Part shown: positions 1 through 9,619 of the stretch, piece by piece | Layout: each line of letters begins with the position of its first letter | Position numbering within the stretch: the first letter of the stretch is position 1 | Source: a virus | IMG/VR virus record: IMGVR_UViG_3300009159_000033 | Strand: one strand, 5' to 3' | Length of the DNA stretch: 64,000 nucleotides | Position numbers and translations under genes: made by a program | The notes under the pieces: generated by a model | Told to the model about the DNA's origin: nothing | Databases searched by the model: none | The model's input: only the letters and a program-made list of their open reading frames with translations

Positions 1-2
1 AC

Positions 3-422
3 ACAGTTGTAGTCGCAGTATCCACAGACTATTCCTCTGTAGTCGCCCAGTACCTTAGGCACCAGTTATCTCACGATGGCGAAATATGTGAAGGGTTTGG
101 CATTGATGTTCCCTATCCCGATGAAAAGTTTGATGACAAATTTGTTACCGCTATCTTGGCTTTGTTCTATTTAAACCTTGCAAACATCGGAAACAAGAAA
201 ATCCTTCTTGTAGAAGCGGGTGTTATTCGAGGTGGTAACTACACCAAGGTTCATGAGATAATTAGGCAGCAACTTAAGCTAACTCAAGAGGTATACACCC
301 TTACTTTGTTTGAGAATTTTGGAAGTAAATTCAAGTCTGACTTTGTAGGCAGGTATTACAATGATTTAAAAGAAGATTTAACTTTTTGGTGGGAAAAGCC
401 AAACAAACATTGGCCACTTTAG
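3..422 (+). CDS. Phosphoribosyltransferase-like protein, 5'-truncated by the window edge
   Basis: The frame is open from base 3 (TVVVAVSTDYSSVVAQYLRH...) into the listed 156..422 ORF. ILLVEAGVIRGGNY resembles a PRPP-binding loop. Confidence 0.5.
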   Translation, partial: TVVVAVSTDYSSVVAQYLRHQLSHDGEICEGFGIDVPYPDEKFDDKFVTAILALFYLNLANIGNKKILLVEAGVIRGGNYTKVHEIIRQQLKLTQEVYTLTLFENFGSKFKSDFVGRYYNDLKEDLTFWWEKPNKHWPL

Positions 423-440
423 CAAATAACAAGGATTGCA

Positions 441-1028
441 ATGCGAGTCAGCAAAAAAGCTAAATTGGTCTACATTAACCCGCCTCGTACCGGCACCACA
501 TTAATCGACCAAGTCATGCACGAGTTTTTTGATGATGTATGGCATCCTAAAAAATGCACACAGCATACTACTGTTTGGAACCCTAATTGGCATGATTACT
601 TCATTTTTATCTCAGTAAGAAATCCTTACACTCGTGCAGTTAGTATTTGGCAACGCCAAGCCCAGTACTGGAATCGTAGAAAAGACAGTTGGAAAAAATG
701 GCTCAATAATGGAAAGATATCTTTTGAAGATTTAATCTTACACCCTAGCGAAGAGGTGCAGAATTGGTGGCAATGGCAGGTATGCTCTTCTTTTACGAAA
801 CTTATTCCCCGCATTGACCATGTAGTGCATTTGGAACAACTGCAAGAAGACTTAGAAAAAGTGCCTGGGTTAAAAAAAGAAAAGTATGATTGTGTTAATC
901 CAAGCCATTATTCAAAAGCATGGCAAGCTAACTATCAAAGTGAACGATGTATTTCTGCGGTGAAAAGAATATTCCAGCCTGATTTTGAATCTTATGGGTA
1001 CAGCGACACATTTTCTCAATATCTTTAG
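441..1028 (+). CDS. Sulfotransferase (Sulfotransfer_2-like)
   Basis: 5'-PSB-like YINPPRTGTTLI and 3'-PB-like FISVRNPYTRAVSIW; RBS AAGGA. Confidence 0.75.
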   Translation: MRVSKKAKLVYINPPRTGTTLIDQVMHEFFDDVWHPKKCTQHTTVWNPNWHDYFIFISVRNPYTRAVSIWQRQAQYWNRRKDSWKKWLNNGKISFEDLILHPSEEVQNWWQWQVCSSFTKLIPRIDHVVHLEQLQEDLEKVPGLKKEKYDCVNPSHYSKAWQANYQSERCISAVKRIFQPDFESYGYSDTFSQYL

Positions 1029-1183
1029 CTGCTATAGCCTAGAATTATAATTGGAAGGTATAATGATTTTTTAGGATGGACTCGATTTGTATGTCAAATT
1101 GGGCTGAATCTGTTGACACAGATTACCAACATTAGGTATTACTAATAGTTGATGATACAAGATAAATAACAAGGAGCATTGCA

Positions 1184-2185
1184 ATGCGAAGAAGTTTAGC
1201 AAGTCAGTATCGAGTTAAAACCGCACATCACTTACTTAACATCGTTGCGTTGAAGCGAGAAATGGACACCTACAGTGTAGACGGTCTGTTGAAAGCTGCT
1301 TCTACTGGGCATAGCAAAGAAGCTTGTTTAAGATACGCTGGATTACACGCTGCTTTGTTGATTGAAAAGCGAGCGGTAGACAGCTATAATTTTGGACCAG
1401 ATACAGCTGCATTTAAAAACAATAGTCCAAAACCAGCTGCACCTACAGTAACACCGCCTACAGCAGCACCTGCAGCAAAAATACCAAATCGTGGCTTTGC
1501 TGGCTTATTTGGAGGCGGAAGCGCAGCTCCTAAACCCGCAGCTTCGAGTTCTAGTGGTTCTGGTTACACCGGTGGTAACTATATGATTAACACTCAAGCT
1601 ACAAAGCCTTCCACCGCACCTAGCAACCTTGATGCAAGTATGCTGGATGGACTTCTTGCCCACAGTAAAGCTAATGATGTGCAAGCCCCTGGTTTATCAG
1701 TTCTATCCCCAGCAAGCCCACCACCTGCAATGAATAATGCAGGCACAGCCTCAAGGAGACAAGCTCCGGCACCACTTACCGCAAATGTGATTCCTAAACC
1801 GCAAGGCACGGCTAATGCAACCAGTGGTTTAGGTTATGATCCTACTGGCTCCGGAAGTGCTGGAAGAGTTTCGGGTACTAAGCCTGCTCCAACCCCTCCC
1901 GAAAATGATATGAGCAGCAAAAAGTTTAAACCTACTGCAGACACCGTAGACCCTGTTGAAGAAGCTTACTCCAAGCAATTAAACGAAAGTGCTGCTGCTG
2001 CTGCAAAAACTGACAAAATGCCAAGCCTTTCAGAAAGTTCTGGGGCAGAAGGCGGTGTACCTGCAGCACAAGAAGCAATAGCTGCACAATCTCAAGGTAA
2101 TGGGCGTAGTGGTCGCTTCTTTAATGGACAAGGTATTGGGCAAGGTCTCCAAAACCGTGGTCGCCTATTTGGGCGAGGCCGTTAA
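1184..2185 (+). CDS. Low-complexity Pro/Ala/Ser/Gly-rich protein, putative internal head protein
   Basis: Strong RBS AAGGAG; LIEKRAVDS K-x-A motif followed by a long disordered-looking region. Confidence 0.6.
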   Translation: MRRSLASQYRVKTAHHLLNIVALKREMDTYSVDGLLKAASTGHSKEACLRYAGLHAALLIEKRAVDSYNFGPDTAAFKNNSPKPAAPTVTPPTAAPAAKIPNRGFAGLFGGGSAAPKPAASSSSGSGYTGGNYMINTQATKPSTAPSNLDASMLDGLLAHSKANDVQAPGLSVLSPASPPPAMNNAGTASRRQAPAPLTANVIPKPQGTANATSGLGYDPTGSGSAGRVSGTKPAPTPPENDMSSKKFKPTADTVDPVEEAYSKQLNESAAAAAKTDKMPSLSESSGAEGGVPAAQEAIAAQSQGNGRSGRFFNGQGIGQGLQNRGRLFGRGR

Positions 2186-2190
2186 TTAGT

Positions 2191-2206
2191 TAAAATCTAG
2201 AATTGA
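2191..2206. promoter_or_regulatory. 16-bp palindromic element, copy 1
   Basis: TAAAATC-TA-GAATTGA, intergenic, 1 mismatch to TAAAWTC-YR-GAWTTTA. Confidence 0.6.
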
Positions 2207-2250
2207 ACCTAGGCACTTATTTGTAGCTTAGGTTCAATCTAGTTTCTTTT
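2197..2250 (+). terminator. Probable intrinsic terminator or hairpin
   Basis: ATTGAACCTA...TAGGTTCAAT stem followed by AGTTTCTTTT. Confidence 0.45.
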
Positions 2251-2260
2251 GAGGGATAGC

Positions 2261-3493
2261 ATGGCAAATTATACGAATGAAAAGCTTGCTTGGGAGGCTT
2301 TAACCAACATGTTTGGGGGTTCAAAGCCTACTCCAAATCCAGCTCTTGCACGTATCAATTTACCAGCTCCTGCTCAACCTGATTACTCTGGCGGTTGGTT
2401 AGGTGGTATGCTTGGTATGTCTGGGCCTACTCCTAATACCTTAACTAAAGGTATGCAGGCAGATAGGGCTGCTGGAACAGATACTGCTTCTCGTCATGAA
2501 GCTATGCGCAAAGCTATGCCCGCAAATCTACCAGCTCCACCTCCTCCACCACCTGATCACTCAGGCGGTTGGTTAGGTAATATGCTTGGTATGTCTGGGC
2601 CTACCCCTAATACTACAACTGCAGGTTTTCGTGCAGATCAAGCTGCGGGGACAGATACAGCATCAAGACAAAACGCACAGATGCAAGCTGGAACAAATGT
2701 TGGGGGTGGTACCCCTATAGGCGTAGACGAAGTGGCGGGAACTAATGTTGGCGGTGGAATCCCTGAAGGAGTTAAACAATCCATGGACAAGCAAGCTATA
2801 GCTCTTAGAGCAAATCGTTTACATATTTTGAACACAGAGATTGCTCGATACAATCCTGCCAATTTGATTAAACAAGCTGCAGACTATCCCACTACAAGCA
2901 ATAAGCAAGCATGTGCTTATTACCTTGGGTTGAAGAAGCAAGCAGCGGTAGAGAAGAAAGCTTTTCTTAAAGCATTAGGTAAAATATTAGGTGGTGCTTA
3001 TGGTGTGGCCAAAGGTGCAGTTACTGGGGCAGCTCCTCATGTAGGTGACGCAATGCGTGGAGCAGCAACAGGAGTTAGAAATTACACTGTAGCTAATCCT
3101 CTTAAAGCCGTAGCAGGTGGTGGTGCCCTTGGGCTTACCGGCGAACACTATGTCTTACCATTCTTAGGTGATGTAGCTAACACCGTCAAAGATAGATACA
3201 ACGAGTCCGCAAAAGGATTTGATGAATTCATGCATAGGCTTGGTAGAGGCTACAAAGCAACTACTGCTGACCCGACTTCTGACTTTTCAAGCGATGGTAT
3301 AAACAAAGCCAAAAAAGTAATAGAAAGCGTTACTCCTAAAGCAATTACTTCTGGCATCATACCTTCCAAACCTTCTAGACTGCTTGAAGTAGAAGAAGGC
3401 TCTATTCCTGATGATTTTAAGTCTAGATCTTTGCCTAGGGATAACCCCCAGTGGAGAAGTGGAACACGTGGTCGAGACTACCCCAGATACTAG
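2261..3493 (+). CDS. Putative internal head/ejection protein with an internal duplication and a Gly-rich hydrophobic segment
   Basis: ATG 2261 follows RBS GAGGG (ORF track starts at TTG 2249). K-x-A motifs: NEKLAW, MDKQAI, IKQAAD, NKQAC, KKQAAVEKKAF. Confidence 0.6.
   Translation: MANYTNEKLAWEALTNMFGGSKPTPNPALARINLPAPAQPDYSGGWLGGMLGMSGPTPNTLTKGMQADRAAGTDTASRHEAMRKAMPANLPAPPPPPPDHSGGWLGNMLGMSGPTPNTTTAGFRADQAAGTDTASRQNAQMQAGTNVGGGTPIGVDEVAGTNVGGGIPEGVKQSMDKQAIALRANRLHILNTEIARYNPANLIKQAADYPTTSNKQACAYYLGLKKQAAVEKKAFLKALGKILGGAYGVAKGAVTGAAPHVGDAMRGAATGVRNYTVANPLKAVAGGGALGLTGEHYVLPFLGDVANTVKDRYNESAKGFDEFMHRLGRGYKATTADPTSDFSSDGINKAKKVIESVTPKAITSGIIPSKPSRLLEVEEGSIPDDFKSRSLPRDNPQWRSGTRGRDYPRY
2357..2668 (+). 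repeat. Two-copy in-frame ~46-aa repeat
   Basis: NLPAP..PD(Y/H)SGGWLG(G/N)MLGMSGPTPNT...AD(R/Q)AAGTDTASR at ~2357-2494 and ~2525-2668. Confidence 0.9.
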
Positions 3494-3547
3494 TTTGTAA
3501 GTTTTTTTGATGGAAATGTTGACAACCACTTTGTATGTTAGTTCTTC

Positions 3548-4225
3548 ATGTCAAAGCTTAAACTTATAATCACCGGCTGGTCTCGTGGTGGCTTAGGTTA
3601 TGTTGCTGAGCTATTACGGCTCAGCGGGGCAGAGGTTGGCCAGACATTTGATGAAAATATCTGTTATAAAAATGTCGAAGAGTGGTTACAGAATGCCAAG
3701 GAAATAGAAGTTTCCTCATTTTTTGTACCTTGGTTGGCTTACGAAAAGTTGAAAGGTATTCGTGTAGTTTTTATTACACGAGACCCAATGTGCGTTTTAA
3801 ACAGTTTGTATTTTCATGGGATGTTCCATGATGAAAAGATGTCTAAAATAAAAGAAAAAGCTTATTATGTATTTCATAATTTCAAAAAAACCTATGAAGG
3901 TAAACCTGCACAAGCAGCAGTAGCTTATATTATTGATTGGCATGGCTTAGCTAAACTTCTTTGTCCTACGCTAGTTGAATTGCCGGTAGAAGAAGGCCCT
4001 CATCATTTGTTAAAAATACTTTTATCTCAACAATTTAAAGACACTATCTTTTGTCCGCCTACCGTTAACAGTTCTAATTGTAGACAAGTTTTAGTTCCTT
4101 CTAAACTTCCAAAAAATGCAAAACAAAACATGTTAGAGCTTCTTATTCAGCTAGGTTACCGTGAAAGATTCTGGCTCCCTTGCGGTAACCATGTTTATTA
4201 TGCTAACGCAGATTGGCACTGTTAA
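3548..4225 (+). CDS. Divergent sulfotransferase-like P-loop protein
   Basis: IITGWSRGGLGY and VVFITRDPMCVLNSL occupy the positions of the two PAPS-binding motifs. Confidence 0.5.
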   Translation: MSKLKLIITGWSRGGLGYVAELLRLSGAEVGQTFDENICYKNVEEWLQNAKEIEVSSFFVPWLAYEKLKGIRVVFITRDPMCVLNSLYFHGMFHDEKMSKIKEKAYYVFHNFKKTYEGKPAQAAVAYIIDWHGLAKLLCPTLVELPVEEGPHHLLKILLSQQFKDTIFCPPTVNSSNCRQVLVPSKLPKNAKQNMLELLIQLGYRERFWLPCGNHVYYANADWHC

Positions 4226-5406
4226 TGAACACTATTGTTGTTAATCGATTTAAGCCATATCGTAAATTTAGGTGGATACGATCTAATTATTTATGGCAAG
4301 ATAGCAATCCTTATTTAGCTAAATATAATATTAAAGTAAAACACGAATCTGCGGGGCCTCACGATGTAATGGTCATACCTTGTCCGCACTTGCCCGGTAA
4401 AGAATCTTTTGCGCACCAAGACCATGTCATTGAAATTGAAAGGGGACATCGTGGAATTATGGATTTCCAAGATACCCCATTAATTTGTGACAGTTCTTTA
4501 GATTATGCTTATTTAGACCCTGTTATGCGTAGCTTAATAAGTCACCCTCAAGTTCGTGCATACTTGCCTAATGTTTCTTTTCGAGATCCTATTGTGCAGC
4601 AGCGTGGTTCTCTTAATGGGGAATATTATGGCACAGTTTATGCTGCTCGAGAACTGTATGCTAGTGGACCTTCTTCTCGCCAAAATAATCATCCAATGCC
4701 TGCAGAGCTGTTAGCTAAGATTCAGCCGGTTAGTCGTCCTCCTACTCCTCTTTTTTCAGATACTGTTTTTGAGTACATAGCTAAAAAAATTAAACCATTA
4801 AAAAATCGTAGCGTTGACGCTATGTTTAGTGGTCGAACTTTTTATGGGCAAACACAAAAAGCTACATATATTACAAAGCATCGAAAGCACCTCGAATATT
4901 TGTGGGACAGTTTGCCAGGCTGTAACATTATAAAAAGTTACGACAATTACGAAGGAGATATTAAAAATGGAAAGCCGACAAAGATTTATTCTTATCCTTA
5001 TGAGTATGTAGACGCTTTATTAGAAGCTAAAGTGGTTATCAGCCCTTGGGGTTGGTCTCCTTGGTGCATTAGAGATTTAGAGGCGCTGGCTTGTGGCTGT
5101 ATAGTGATTAAGCCGGAGTGTAGCAATATGTTAATCTACCCAGACATTTATGCCCCACATCGACAATTGATGGTTTGGTGCGACATCGTTTTTGATAGTT
5201 TAAAATCACAGTTATATTACATTTATCGAAGTCTGGATGAAATGCAGGATCGGGCGGACCGAGGTAGGCAATTTGTCACGGATGCCCTATACCCTAATGA
5301 TAAGATTTATGCGAGCTGGACCAAGGATATACGACGCATATTAGAGAATGCGTTAGAGCGTCCTGCTTACAGTGTTGCTGCACAAATGCTGGACTTTAAC
5401 TCTTAA
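4213..5406 (+). CDS. Glycosyltransferase (GT-B fold, Glyco_trans_1-like C-terminus)
   Basis: YVDALLEAKVVISPWG..CIRDLEALACGCIVIKP is a typical GT-B nucleotide-sugar binding segment. Confidence 0.6.
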   Translation: MALLMNTIVVNRFKPYRKFRWIRSNYLWQDSNPYLAKYNIKVKHESAGPHDVMVIPCPHLPGKESFAHQDHVIEIERGHRGIMDFQDTPLICDSSLDYAYLDPVMRSLISHPQVRAYLPNVSFRDPIVQQRGSLNGEYYGTVYAARELYASGPSSRQNNHPMPAELLAKIQPVSRPPTPLFSDTVFEYIAKKIKPLKNRSVDAMFSGRTFYGQTQKATYITKHRKHLEYLWDSLPGCNIIKSYDNYEGDIKNGKPTKIYSYPYEYVDALLEAKVVISPWGWSPWCIRDLEALACGCIVIKPECSNMLIYPDIYAPHRQLMVWCDIVFDSLKSQLYYIYRSLDEMQDRADRGRQFVTDALYPNDKIYASWTKDIRRILENALERPAYSVAAQMLDFNS

Positions 5407-5420
5407 ATCATTTACCGCTG

Positions 5421-5449
5421 TTGCATGATTAAACATATCTGCCCATAAT
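5421..5449 (+). promoter_or_regulatory. Sigma70-like promoter
   Basis: TTGCAT-17 nt-CATAAT upstream of the 5515 gene. Confidence 0.5.
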
Positions 5450-5514
5450 CAAAAAGTTGGAAAAGCTCTATTTGATCGATTTCACTAGCATCGCACCGTC
5501 ATGGAGGACTCTGT

Positions 5515-6873
5515 ATGCCAGTTAAGCCCAAGTATGATATTCCCATTCAAGTCATTTTTGATACGGCAATAAGTTGTGGTGGTAGCTTGGCTAAAACAGC
5601 TATAGCACTAGGCATACCTTATCGTTCCACTGTTGGTGCAAGGCTTAAAAAAGCTGGGCTGATGGCACGCATGCGTGCAATGACTAACACTAAGCAAAAG
5701 ACTGCAACAGCTGCTAAAGAAAAACTAACCATCAACGAACGTGGTCAATTTACTGAAGTTGATTATGTGGGAGACCAAATTAACACTGCGGAAGAACTCC
5801 TCTTAAAATCCGGAATTGACATGGAGTTGTACGAGGTAGAACGCATTACTGTCAACAACTGGGAAGTGGCAGGGGCTAAACCAACCAGTGGGATTTGGAA
5901 GACTGGATTAAAACAGATCAAAGTACAGCTAAGGCGCAAGCGAGACGAAAGAGTGGCGGTAGACCGTGTGCTTCAAAAGCTAGAAGATAACTCACCTATT
6001 AACTTGAAGATTAAATACCCTAAAGACAAGAAGCAGAAAGCTCGTCGTGCCCTCGAAGTGTCGATTATGGATCCTCACTATGGCATGCAATGCTACAAGG
6101 GCGAAAGCGATCACAATTGGAGTTTAGAAGAGTGTAGTCGCATGTGTCTGTGGGCAATTGACTCATTGCTAGCTCAAGCCCATTTGTATGGCAAGTTTGA
6201 AGAGATTGTCTTTCCTTTTGGCAACGACTTCCTTCATCATGATAATGCAATGCACACCACCACGAGGGGAACACTGCAGCCAGAAGGTCTGTCTTTCCAG
6301 CATGTGTATGAAAATGCAATTAAGCTTGCTGTAACTATGGTGGACAAGCTTACGGCACTGGCTCCTGTTCGAGTTATTCAAGTTTCTGGTAATCACGACC
6401 AGCAAGCTTCGTTTAGCTTAGGACAGGTGTTAAAAGCCTACTATCGCAACGATGATAATGTTACAGTAGATGTAACTCCAAGCCCTTATAAGTTTTACCG
6501 GTTTGGTACAAACTTGATTGGGTTTGATCATGGCCATCATATTAAGTCGATTCGGCTAGCTGCTTTGATGGCACACGAATGCCGTGAGCACTGGGCAGAC
6601 ACTAGCTTTAGAGAATGGCATTTAGGAGACCAGCATCGCAAGGGAACTGGAAGTCCTGTGGTAATGGAGGAGCAAGGGGTTGGCGTTGAGTATTTGCCCG
6701 CTTTAACCCCTCCTAATGCTTGGCATCGGTTAAAAGGGTTTAACTGGCAGCAACGTGGTGCTATGGCTTTTATATGGGATCACGACACTGGACCAGTGGC
6801 AAGATTGCAGGTAAACCTTAATAGTTACACGGGGAAGCCTACGGGTGTGGGTTTTCCCCAGAAGGGCAAGTAA
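5515..6873 (+). CDS. Calcineurin-like metallophosphoesterase with a putative N-terminal HTH
   Basis: Motifs MDPHYG, GNDFLHHD, SGNHD, DHGH and LGDQH; N-terminal SLAKTAIALGIPYRSTVGARL. Confidence 0.8.
   Translation: MPVKPKYDIPIQVIFDTAISCGGSLAKTAIALGIPYRSTVGARLKKAGLMARMRAMTNTKQKTATAAKEKLTINERGQFTEVDYVGDQINTAEELLLKSGIDMELYEVERITVNNWEVAGAKPTSGIWKTGLKQIKVQLRRKRDERVAVDRVLQKLEDNSPINLKIKYPKDKKQKARRALEVSIMDPHYGMQCYKGESDHNWSLEECSRMCLWAIDSLLAQAHLYGKFEEIVFPFGNDFLHHDNAMHTTTRGTLQPEGLSFQHVYENAIKLAVTMVDKLTALAPVRVIQVSGNHDQQASFSLGQVLKAYYRNDDNVTVDVTPSPYKFYRFGTNLIGFDHGHHIKSIRLAALMAHECREHWADTSFREWHLGDQHRKGTGSPVVMEEQGVGVEYLPALTPPNAWHRLKGFNWQQRGAMAFIWDHDTGPVARLQVNLNSYTGKPTGVGFPQKGK
5804..5819. promoter_or_regulatory. 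16-bp palindromic element, copy 2 (intragenic)
   Basis: TAAAATC-CG-GAATTGA. Confidence 0.5.
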
Positions 6874-7290
6874 ATGAAGTTCTTCTGGTTAGTATTTTTG
6901 TTGTTTTTTGGCTGTTTATTGGGGTGGGGGATTTTCCCCACCCTCTATGAACTGGAAATTCCGCTAGAGCCAGTTGAACAACAAGCTGAGATGGTATCGC
7001 ATGACCATGCGGTATTTGAGGGCCCTCGCTCGGGGAAGTGGCCTGCGGTGCGTCAGCGATTTATCAAGGCGCACCCTTGCTGTGAAGCTTGCGGCAGCTT
7101 GCAGAACCTAAATGTGCATCATATTTTTAGTTTTAAAAATAATCCCGAGTTGGAGTTGGATCCTGATAATTTAATTACCTTATGTCGCAAGCATCATTTT
7201 TTTCTAGGTCATTCGGGTAACTGGACAATCACTAACAAAAAGTGTCAGGAAGAGGTGAAGGCTTACCGCCAACTACATCCGTGGAAATAA
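6874..7290 (+). CDS. HNH endonuclease with an N-terminal hydrophobic segment
   Basis: CEACG..LNVHHI..NLITLCRKHH; N-terminal FFWLVFLLFFGCLLGWGIF. Confidence 0.8.
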   Translation: MKFFWLVFLLFFGCLLGWGIFPTLYELEIPLEPVEQQAEMVSHDHAVFEGPRSGKWPAVRQRFIKAHPCCEACGSLQNLNVHHIFSFKNNPELELDPDNLITLCRKHHFFLGHSGNWTITNKKCQEEVKAYRQLHPWK

Positions 7291-7326
7291 ACTGTTGTTT
7301 TCTGCCAAAGTGCCAAGGAGGGTGAC

Positions 7327-7677
7327 ATGGCTGAGCGAACAGATGGACAAGGTGCAAAGTTTCGTGCGGTCTTACGCATGTTACGCAAAGAGTGCAAAAT
7401 AGCCCGCCCTATCAAAGTAATTAGCAAAGATTTAAATAGAGAAAAGCTATGCGGTTGCTGCATTGCTTATTTAGATGATAATGGTCAAGTAACTCGTTTC
7501 GCTATTGAAGTAGATAGTAATCTAGCCCCAGTTACCGCTATTGATACTCTTTTACATGAGTGGGCACACGCACTAGATCAAGTGACTAATGGAGTGACCG
7601 GAGAGCCTCATCGTAGTAGCTGGGGTAAATGCTACGCTAGAGTATGGCGAGCTTATGTATCTAAAATAATTGATTAA
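7327..7677 (+). CDS. Small HEXXH zincin-like (SprT-like) protein
   Basis: TLLHEWAHAL followed by a downstream His (EPHRSSW). Confidence 0.6.
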   Translation: MAERTDGQGAKFRAVLRMLRKECKIARPIKVISKDLNREKLCGCCIAYLDDNGQVTRFAIEVDSNLAPVTAIDTLLHEWAHALDQVTNGVTGEPHRSSWGKCYARVWRAYVSKIID

Positions 7678-7683
7678 ATTTAG

Positions 7684-7712
7684 TTGACTATGTCCCCTTA
7701 AGTGGGTACAAA
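7684..7712 (+). promoter_or_regulatory. Possible sigma70-like promoter
   Basis: TTGACT-17 nt-TACAAA. Confidence 0.35.
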
Positions 7713-7755
7713 CCCATCTGCTTAGGATGATCAATGTAAAATCCACGGAGGGTTT

Positions 7756-8532
7756 ATGGCTTGGTACAACCGAGAAAATGCGGAAATTCTTAACTTTATG
7801 GTGATTGGAAATAGGCATTCGGGCTATGGTTTATTGCAGTCTTCGCTCGCAGCTCACCCAGATATAGTTTGTCATGGTGATCTTCTTCACGATGACGATA
7901 AAGTTAGAAAAGTCGAGCACTCCATGTATTTTGGGACTACCGGTAAAATAATCGATCACTTCGACCCAACTCATTTAAGTGTGGAACAATATTTCAATAA
8001 CAAGATATTTGACAACATATTGCACGGCGAAAAAGCTGTGGGTGTAAAAGTAACTTACGATCATCTGCGTCATTATGATTTATGGGATTACACAGACCAG
8101 CGGTGTCGCCGGGGTGACTTCTGTTTAGTACATGTTGTGCGTAACCCTATTGCTTGTTATGTTGCATGGAAACAGCAGCAGCAAAGGGAAGGTAATGCGG
8201 AAATTAGTAGTAGTGATCGCTTGCCTGCAATTTGCATTGAGCCCGCTGAACTAACTCAGTTTGTGAGGGACCATACCGCTGCCATGTCTAAAGTTAATAA
8301 ACTTTGCCCAGACCGAGCTGTTATTCCTTATCATGAGTTACTTTTAGACTTTCGAGGTGTCTTAGAAAATCTGTTAGAGTTTTTGGAGTTAAAGTTCAGC
8401 CCAGCATGTTTGCCCAACCAAAAACGAGTACAGCGTAGAGATGTTCGTAGCCGTGTCATGAATTGGACTGAATTAAAGAATGTAGTACCCCATGATGTTC
8501 TTGAGTACATGAATAGCACCACTTTGTTTTAA
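7756..8532 (+). CDS. Sulfotransferase-like protein (Stf0-like), divergent PAPS loop
   Basis: FMVIGNRHSGYGLLQSSLAAHPDIVCHGDLL and LVHVVRNPIACYVAW. Confidence 0.6.
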   Translation: MAWYNRENAEILNFMVIGNRHSGYGLLQSSLAAHPDIVCHGDLLHDDDKVRKVEHSMYFGTTGKIIDHFDPTHLSVEQYFNNKIFDNILHGEKAVGVKVTYDHLRHYDLWDYTDQRCRRGDFCLVHVVRNPIACYVAWKQQQQREGNAEISSSDRLPAICIEPAELTQFVRDHTAAMSKVNKLCPDRAVIPYHELLLDFRGVLENLLEFLELKFSPACLPNQKRVQRRDVRSRVMNWTELKNVVPHDVLEYMNSTTLF

Positions 8533-8545
8533 TAACGAGGTAGCC

Positions 8546-8659
8546 ATGAGTTTTGAACTTCATTTAATGTGTTGGGGTAGTCTTATTCTTCTTGTGGGAA
8601 TTGTTTTAAATATATGGCTTATTAGTGTATCCGATGACCACGGCACTGATGATTTTTAA
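8546..8659 (+). CDS. 37-aa single-pass membrane peptide (not in the ORF track)
   Basis: RBS GAGG; MSFELHLMCWGSLILLVGIVLNIWLISVSDDHGTDDF; fills the intergenic gap. Confidence 0.5.
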   Translation: MSFELHLMCWGSLILLVGIVLNIWLISVSDDHGTDDF

Positions 8660-8680
8660 TTAGAATGGTAAAATAAAAAC

Positions 8681-8890
8681 ATGCAGCAAGATAAAGGATT
8701 GACGGCACGGGAACGAGAGATAGTCATACTAATCAGCAAAAACTTAAAGTATAAAGACATTGCGATAAAGCTTAATCTTGGCTATGAAACAATTAAGACT
8801 TATGTTAAACGTATTCGTAAAAAACTAAACCTTTCCTCCAAGCTAGAGGTAGGGTTGTGGGGTTACAAACAAGGGTGGACAGAAGGTTAA
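8681..8890 (+). CDS. Stand-alone LuxR/GerE-type HTH regulator
   Basis: LTAREREIVILISKNLKYKDIAIKLNLGYETIKTYVKRIRKKL. Confidence 0.85.
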   Translation: MQQDKGLTAREREIVILISKNLKYKDIAIKLNLGYETIKTYVKRIRKKLNLSSKLEVGLWGYKQGWTEG

Positions 8891-8908
8891 ACTAAAGAAA
8901 GGACCTAC

Positions 8909-9619
8909 ATGAGTAAGTTTAAGAAGGCGGTTATGTTGCATAACAAAGAGGAGTGGCAGCATTATCAGAAAGATATGATAACTGAATTAAATATGCTTTC
9001 TTATGGCCATTCGTTGTCAATACAGTTACCTAAAAGTCCAGAATCTTATCCCTGCCTAGTGTACACAACATTATTACCTTTAAGTCAAAACTCTGAAGCT
9101 ATAGATCACGCTGAAATCGCCTGTTGCTATGTGTATACAGACAATGCAGAAGAACTAGTAAAGTTAATAGGCCCAGAAAATCTGCTTGATTTCTTTTCTT
9201 CGTTGGAAAGCAAACTGGCTACAGATAACACATATACGGAGAAATATAAGGAGTGCCATAACTACGAAGGGCACAAAGGTAGGGAAGGGGTTGAAGGCAA
9301 GGACGAAGATGACGAAGAAGAAATTCTTTTTGATGACGATGCTTATCTTCCAGCTGCAGACTCTTTTGAAGCGGATGAGGATGAGGATGAGATAAAGATG
9401 AAAAAAGGTAAAACAGAAGACTATGTGCCAGCTTCTGCTGGTGTATTACTACTTACCTTGGTATCAGAGCTACGAAGCATAGGAGCTTTGCGGTTAGATC
9501 GAATGCTGGAAACTGCAAAGGAAATAGAAAAGTGGATGGTGGAAAACAAAGAAGAAAATCTACATTCGGATCTGTGGGAACTTTTAAAAAGATTGTGGGA
9601 TAAAAAAGATGCTAGCTAA
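8909..9619 (+). CDS. Hypothetical protein with an acidic tract
   Basis: 236-aa ORF, RBS AAGGA, central D/E-rich stretch. Confidence 0.6.
   Translation: MSKFKKAVMLHNKEEWQHYQKDMITELNMLSYGHSLSIQLPKSPESYPCLVYTTLLPLSQNSEAIDHAEIACCYVYTDNAEELVKLIGPENLLDFFSSLESKLATDNTYTEKYKECHNYEGHKGREGVEGKDEDDEEEILFDDDAYLPAADSFEADEDEDEIKMKKGKTEDYVPASAGVLLLTLVSELRSIGALRLDRMLETAKEIEKWMVENKEENLHSDLWELLKRLWDKKDAS

Noticed and set aside
6874-7290. HNH as a mobile homing element
   Set aside because: No flanking intron, interrupted gene or target duplication; it is translationally coupled within an operon.
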